A DNA stretch of 64,000 nt from Candidatus Latescibacterota bacterium (GTDB lineage: Bacteria; Latescibacterota; UBA2968; GCA-2709665). The notes under the pieces were generated by a model that searched no databases, was not told the origin of the DNA, and saw only the letters and a list, made by a program, of their open reading frames with translations. The position numbers and the translations under genes were made by a program. The stretch's first letter is position 1; each line of letters opens with the position of its first letter. Shown one piece after another: positions 59,057 to 64,000 of this stretch. The stretch is taken from positions 160,001-224,000 of the forward strand of contig CAXXXF010000015.1 of NCBI GenBank assembly GCA_963667175.2. The letters are read 5' to 3'.

Positions 59057-60268
59057 ATGGCGCTACCGAGAGCAGATGGACCATCCCGTACATTGCCGGA
59101 TTCCGGGGGGCATTTCGGTCCCTACGGCGGGCGATACGTGCCGGAGACGTTGATGCCGTTGCTGGAGGACCTGGAGGCAGCCTATCGCGAAGCGAAGGAC
59201 CGTCCGGATTTTCAGGAGGAACTGAACCGGTATCTCAGGGAGTTTGTGGGCAGGCCCACGCCGCTCACCTTCGCGCAACGACTGACATCGGAACTGGGTG
59301 GGGCGAGAATCTATCTGAAGCGAGAGGACCTCGCCCACACCGGCGCGCACAAGATCAACCACGCTATGGGTCAGATTCTGCTTGCCCGGCGGATGGGCAA
59401 GACGCGGATCATCGCGGAAACCGGCGCCGGGCAGCACGGTGTGGCAACGGCAACCGTGGCTGCGATGTTCGGACTGGACTGCGAGGTTTACATGGGCACG
59501 GAAGACATGGAGCGGCAGGCGCTGAACGTGTTTCGGATGCGGCTCCTCGGCGCAAAGGTGACGGGTGTGGATTCGGGCAGCAGGACGCTGAAGGATGCGA
59601 TTAACGAAGCCATTCGCGATTGGGTGACGAACGTGGACGATACGTTCTACATTTTCGGATCCGTCCTGGGACCTCACCCGTATCCGATGATCGTACGCGA
59701 TTTTCAGCGCGTCATCGGAGTGGAGACTCGAAAGCAGATCCTGCGGGCCGAGGGCCGGCTGCCGGAATGTCTTATCGCGTGCGTCGGCGGCGGCAGCAAT
59801 TCCATCGGTCTGTTTCACGCATTTCTCGAGGACGCGGACGTCCGGATGATCGGTGTCGAAGCGGGCGGGCATGGAATCGCCTCGGGCGATCACGCGGCGC
59901 GATTTCAGGGTGGGGATCTGGGCGTGCTGCACGGCGCCAGGATATATCTCCTGCAGGACGAGGACGGGCAGATCGCGCTGACCCATTCCGTTTCCGCCGG
60001 CCTGGATTATTCCGGAGTCGGCCCTGAACACTGCCATCTGCGCGACGCGGGACGGATCGAATATGCCTATGCAACCGATGACGAGACACTGAAGGCCTTC
60101 CAACTGCTGAGCCGCACCGAGGGGATCATCCCCGCACTCGAAAGCGCGCATGCGATCGCGTACGTGTCAAAAGCCGCACCTGAGATGGACAGGGATGCCG
60201 TCATTGTGGCGAATCTCTCAGGCAGGGGAGACAAAGACGTGCAGCAGGCGGCGAAGTTCCTGGACTAG
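59057..60268 (+). CDS. trpB: Tryptophan synthase beta chain
   Basis: [36 protein letters not shown]. Confidence 0.97.
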   Translation: MALPRADGPSRTLPDSGGHFGPYGGRYVPETLMPLLEDLEAAYREAKDRPDFQEELNRYLREFVGRPTPLTFAQRLTSELGGARIYLKREDLAHTGAHKINHAMGQILLARRMGKTRIIAETGAGQHGVATATVAAMFGLDCEVYMGTEDMERQALNVFRMRLLGAKVTGVDSGSRTLKDAINEAIRDWVTNVDDTFYIFGSVLGPHPYPMIVRDFQRVIGVETRKQILRAEGRLPECLIACVGGGSNSIGLFHAFLEDADVRMIGVEAGGHGIASGDHAARFQGGDLGVLHGARIYLLQDEDGQIALTHSVSAGLDYSGVGPEHCHLRDAGRIEYAYATDDETLKAFQLLSRTEGIIPALESAHAIAYVSKAAPEMDRDAVIVANLSGRGDKDVQQAAKFLD

Positions 60269-60308
60269 TCCTGTCCCAGGGATGCGTTCGACACAAGGGA
60301 TTGTTCGG

Positions 60309-61121
60309 ATGACAAGAATCGGAAAGCGGTTCGCACTGTTGAAGAAAACGAGAAGGACCGGATTCGTCGCATATATCACTGCCGGAGATCCGGACCTGGA
60401 AACCACCCGCAAACTGGCGCCGGAGCTCGAACGGCGCGGGGTGGACGTTCTCGAACTGGGGGTGCCGTTCTCCGACCCGCTGGCGGACGGACCGGAGATC
60501 CAGCGGGCGTCACAGCGGGCCCTTCGGCATCGGGTGTCGATCGGCGACGTACTGGATCTGGTATCGGACCTGCGGCGCGAGACGGAATTGCCCATCGTGC
60601 TCTTTACGTATTTCAATCCTATGCATCGCTTCGGTCTTGAACGGCTTGTCGACAGGGCGGCCGAAGCGGGGGTGGACGGCTTTCTGGCATTGGATCTTCC
60701 GCCTGAGGAGGCGGCCGAGTACAGGAGTCTGATGGGGGAACGGGGATTGGACACGGTTTTCCTGATCGCGCCGACGAGCCGCGAGGATCGCATCCGGCGG
60801 ATCGCGTCATACACCAGCGGCTTTGTGTATTACGTGTCGCGTACGGGCGTTACGGGGGAGCGGGACAGCCTGGAGGAGACTCTCGGCGCCAGGGTGGCGA
60901 CCATCAGACGACATACCTCTCTACCGGTTGCGGTGGGATTCGGTATTTCAACCCCGGAACAGTCCAGGGAGATTGCGGGATACGCGGATGCCGTCGTTGT
61001 CGGCAGCGCAATCGTCCGGCGAATCGCCGAGCGGCAGACGGACCCGGATCTCGTTTTACACGTCGGGGCATTCGTGGAGGAACTGGCGCAACCCCTGAAG
61101 GGAACATCCGATGGATCTTGA
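60309..61121 (+). CDS. trpA: Tryptophan synthase alpha chain
   Basis: ELGVPFSDPLADGP.IQ, SRTGVTG, VGFGIS, VVGSA. Confidence 0.95.
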   Translation: MTRIGKRFALLKKTRRTGFVAYITAGDPDLETTRKLAPELERRGVDVLELGVPFSDPLADGPEIQRASQRALRHRVSIGDVLDLVSDLRRETELPIVLFTYFNPMHRFGLERLVDRAAEAGVDGFLALDLPPEEAAEYRSLMGERGLDTVFLIAPTSREDRIRRIASYTSGFVYYVSRTGVTGERDSLEETLGARVATIRRHTSLPVAVGFGISTPEQSREIAGYADAVVVGSAIVRRIAERQTDPDLVLHVGAFVEELAQPLKGTSDGS

Positions 61122-61404
61122 AGACTGGCGGAAGGAAATCGACGCCCTGGATCAACAGCTTCTGGCGCTTCTGAAACGACGAGCCGAATGTGCGCTTCAA
61201 ATTGGCATGATCAAACAGACGATCGAACAGCCGATTTACGCGCCGGAACGCGAGACGTCGATCCTGAACCGAATTCGCGAACTGAACGCCGGACCCCTGA
61301 CCGACGAAGCGGTGCAACGAATATTTCAGCAGATTATCGATGAATCCAGGCGGCTCGAACAGGAGCACGGCGAACGGCAGTCGGGAGACGTGAAACACCC
61401 CTGA
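61111..61404 (+). CDS. Monofunctional AroQ-type chorismate mutase
   Basis: R.EID.LD..L..LL..R, IG..K, PERE, IIDESR. Confidence 0.9.
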   Translation: MDLEDWRKEIDALDQQLLALLKRRAECALQIGMIKQTIEQPIYAPERETSILNRIRELNAGPLTDEAVQRIFQQIIDESRRLEQEHGERQSGDVKHP

Positions 61405-61427
61405 TTCATAAGCGGAGCATCCAGCGG

Positions 61428-62456
61428 ATGGCTTTTACGAAAAACATGAAGATTCCCACACCGGAAGCCGTGCTGGAAGAAATGCCGCTTCCGAAGAGAC
61501 TGAAGGACGTAAAGGAGCAGCGGGATGCGCAGATCAGGGACATCTTCGCACGCACGAGCCGTAAATTTCTACTGGTGATCGGCCCCTGTTCAGCGCACGA
61601 TGAAGATGCCGTATGCGAATACGTCTCCAGGCTGGCGAAACTGCAGGAGGCAGTCCGTGAAACGCTGGTTCTGGTGCCTCGAATCTATACCAACAAACCC
61701 CGCACGACCGGCGAAGGGTACAAGGGCATGGGGCATCAGCCGGACCCCCGAAAGGCGCCGGACCTGTCCGAAGGCATTTACGCGGTTCGTCAGATGCACA
61801 TCCGCGCGGTCAGGGAGTCCCACCTGACGGCGGCCGACGAAATGCTGTATCCGGGCAATCTGCCGTACGTCGAAGATCTGCTGAGTTATATCGCCGTGGG
61901 CGCCCGGTCGGTGGAAAACCAACAGCACCGACTAACCTGCAGCGGCGTCGACGTCCCCGTTGGAATGAAGAACCCGACGGCGGGCGACCTGTCTGTGACG
62001 TTGAATGCGATTCACGCCTCGCAGATCCCACACGTCTTCATCTATAACGGATGGGAAGTCAGCACCAGCGGCAATTCCCTGACACACGCCGTGCTTCGCG
62101 GCGCCGTGGACGTGAACGGGCGAAGTATGCCGAACTATCATTTCGAAGACCTCATGTACGCGGCGGCACTCTACGGGCAAAGGCAGCTTGCCAACGCCAC
62201 AATCGTCGTGGATACGAATCACGACAATTCCGGCAAGCAGTTCAGCGAACAACCCAGGATCGGATTGGACGTGGTCCGCAGCCGGCGGAGTTCAACGATA
62301 TTACACGGCATGATCCGCGGGTTGATGGTTGAGAGCTATCTGGAAGAAGGCGCCCAGAACGTCAATGAAGGCGTGTTCGGCAAGTCCATTACCGATCCGT
62401 GCCTGGGTTGGGAAGATACCGAGGCGTTCGTAAAGGAACTGGCGGAGGGGATATGA
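61428..62456 (+). CDS. DAHP synthase, class I-alpha
   Basis: GPCSA, KPRTTG.GYKG, GARS.E.Q.HR, GMKNP, ITDPC. Confidence 0.93.
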   Translation: MAFTKNMKIPTPEAVLEEMPLPKRLKDVKEQRDAQIRDIFARTSRKFLLVIGPCSAHDEDAVCEYVSRLAKLQEAVRETLVLVPRIYTNKPRTTGEGYKGMGHQPDPRKAPDLSEGIYAVRQMHIRAVRESHLTAADEMLYPGNLPYVEDLLSYIAVGARSVENQQHRLTCSGVDVPVGMKNPTAGDLSVTLNAIHASQIPHVFIYNGWEVSTSGNSLTHAVLRGAVDVNGRSMPNYHFEDLMYAAALYGQRQLANATIVVDTNHDNSGKQFSEQPRIGLDVVRSRRSSTILHGMIRGLMVESYLEEGAQNVNEGVFGKSITDPCLGWEDTEAFVKELAEGI

Positions 62457-62534
62457 TAACGAACGGAATCGGAAAACAGGAACGGAGCCGGACGTTCCGC
62501 AGGCGCTCTGGCCTCCGTTTCCGAGGATGACTGC

Positions 62535-63647
62535 ATGGCCATCGATCCTCCGTTTGCGCGTGAGACCATTGCGATTGTGGGTGTCGGGCTGATTGGCGGT
62601 TCTCTTGGCGTGGGGTTCAAGAGTCTGGGCATCGGGCGACGCGTCATTGGCATCGGCAGGCAGGAGACGCTGGAGGCGGCAGGCAATCTGAACGTAATCG
62701 ACGCGGGCTATCGTTACGAGGAACTCGCATCCGGGATTCGCGAAGCCGCGCTCGTTTTCCTGTGCACCCCCATTGTGCGTATTCTTGACCTGCTGCCGGA
62801 GGTGCTGGCGGCGGCGCGCCAGAATGCGGTCGTGACCGACGTGGGCAGCACCAAGCACGCGATTGTTTCCGCCGCGGCGGCCCATCGACGGGGCGGCGTG
62901 CATTTCGTGGGCGGGCACCCGATGGCGGGTTCCGAGCACCGCGGGGTTGGCGCGGCGGATCCGTTCCTGTTTCAGAATGCGATCTACGTACTGACACCCT
63001 CGCCGGGCACGCCCGATTTCGTGGTCGATAAGCTCTCACGCCTCGTCAGGAGGCTCGGGGCGAGACCGATGAGGATGACGCCCCGGGAACACGACCGCGC
63101 GGCGGCGGCGGTAAGTCACCTTCCGCAGATGATGGCCACAACCCTGGTATCCATGATCGGACGGATGACCGAGACCGAAGGCCTGCCGATTCGAATGACG
63201 GCGGGCGGGTTTCGGGATCTGACGCGCATTGCATCCAGCCCGTATGAGATGTGGCGGGACATCTGCCGAACAAACGCGGCCCCGATCCGCGAGATGATCG
63301 ATCTGTATATCGAGTCGCTGGCGGCGATTCGCGGCGCCGTGGACGACGACCGGCTGGAGCAGGCGTTTGCCGTTGCGAACCGGGTACGCGGGCAGATCCC
63401 GAAGGACTCCAAGGGGTTCTTGCATCCGCTGCACGAGATACTCCTGGTGGCGGAAGACAGGCCGGGCGTGATCGCCGACGTCGCCCGGAAGCTGGCTGCG
63501 GAGAAAATCAACATCAACGACATCGAGGTGTTGAACGTCCGTGAGGGAGAAGGAGGCACCATCCGGATGGGTTTCGATTCACGTCCTTGCGCGGAACAGG
63601 CCGTAGACGTGTTGGGGAAGGCGGGATACAGCGTCAGATTGAGGTAA
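62535..63647 (+). CDS. tyrA: Prephenate dehydrogenase with C-terminal ACT domain
   Basis: GVGLIGGS, DVGSTK, GGHPMAGSE, HD...VSHLP, GFRDLTRIA, DRPG. Confidence 0.92.
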   Translation: MAIDPPFARETIAIVGVGLIGGSLGVGFKSLGIGRRVIGIGRQETLEAAGNLNVIDAGYRYEELASGIREAALVFLCTPIVRILDLLPEVLAAARQNAVVTDVGSTKHAIVSAAAAHRRGGVHFVGGHPMAGSEHRGVGAADPFLFQNAIYVLTPSPGTPDFVVDKLSRLVRRLGARPMRMTPREHDRAAAAVSHLPQMMATTLVSMIGRMTETEGLPIRMTAGGFRDLTRIASSPYEMWRDICRTNAAPIREMIDLYIESLAAIRGAVDDDRLEQAFAVANRVRGQIPKDSKGFLHPLHEILLVAEDRPGVIADVARKLAAEKININDIEVLNVREGEGGTIRMGFDSRPCAEQAVDVLGKAGYSVRLR

Positions 63648-63697
63648 ATGGACGAATCCCGGGACCATGAATAGATTGGCTGCGGTTTTGTGGGATA

Positions 63698-63756
63698 ACG
63701 GTCCGTTGAAAAAGTCGCTCTGCAGGCGAGCCGGATGGACTTTATCGACGGACTGA
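63698..63756. mobile_element. Family A MITE reduced to its two ends (59 bp)
   Basis: ACGGTCCGTTGAAAAAGTCGCTCTGCAGGCGAG joined to CCGGATGGACTTTATCGACGGACTGA, TA-flanked. Confidence 0.7.
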
Positions 63757-63840
63757 TACCGCGCAGGTCGTCCAATTGCCCGCGACGGATCGTCAATGCA
63801 CGATACGGTGTGGGTTAATCATCAGTGCGAGGAGAGTCTT

Positions 63841-63981
63841 ATGAGACTGGTCTTCAGGTTATTTCTTCTGGCGTTGTTGGTGTTTCTGGGTGGCGTCGTA
63901 TATATCCGGTTCACCTACAACTGCTCCTGGAAGGAGAGTTTCGCCATTGCCGACCAGTTCGTGTCTGACCTGACCGGTTGA
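63841..63981 (+). CDS. Small membrane protein (46 aa)
   Basis: GAGGAG RBS, ATG 63841, one TM helix. Confidence 0.55.
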   Translation: MRLVFRLFLLALLVFLGGVVYIRFTYNCSWKESFAIADQFVSDLTG

Positions 63982-64000
63982 GCGACGTGTTGAAATCGGG

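Noticed and set aside
60266-60300. Family B MITE remnant between trpB and trpA (TAGTCCTGTCCCAGGGATGCG)
   Set aside because: Match too short to distinguish from chance.
1-64000. Long antisense/overlapping ORFs (e.g. 5100-6473, 30532-31830, 37825-39171, 57741-59093), and CRISPR, tRNA or rRNA genes
   Set aside because: The antisense ORFs are GC-rich shadows of well-supported genes; no regularly spaced repeat array or tRNA/rRNA signature was seen.

Overview
GC-rich bacterial chromosomal segment. A C-terminal FlgD-Ig/sorting-type domain, a short RpoD-like sigma factor and a long SecA suggest an FCB-superphylum lineage such as Latescibacterota or Gemmatimonadota (inference). 1-17.4 kb is metal-homeostasis rich. 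A His/Cys-rich uORF ending in RAPP precedes a three-repeat His-motif lipoprotein and a TonB-dependent receptor, and those two genes share a duplicated 5'UTR/N-terminal cassette. A ~7.2-kb islet (internally deleted COG0523 GTPase, WD40 protein, Zrg-like ABC system) is flanked by a 61-bp direct repeat of the yidD 3' end. The middle is mostly housekeeping: lgt, purH, two sigma factors, anti-sigma plus a probably inactive HtrA, acs, queC, CIRCE-groES-groEL, secA, nusB, the rib operon and rlmH. 51.5-63.7 kb is an aromatic amino-acid supraoperon (trpEGDCF-tyrS-aldolase-trpBA-CM-DAHP synthase-tyrA). It is headed by an unannotated leader peptide rich in Trp, Tyr and Phe codons with a complete four-segment attenuator, the strongest novel-looking signal here. 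The window also holds two non-autonomous MITE-like families, a 48-49-bp repeated motif near both sigma genes and a candidate ~240-nt sRNA downstream of rlmH. No rRNA, tRNA, CRISPR array, transposase or integrase was seen. All calls are by eye, and no database searches were run.
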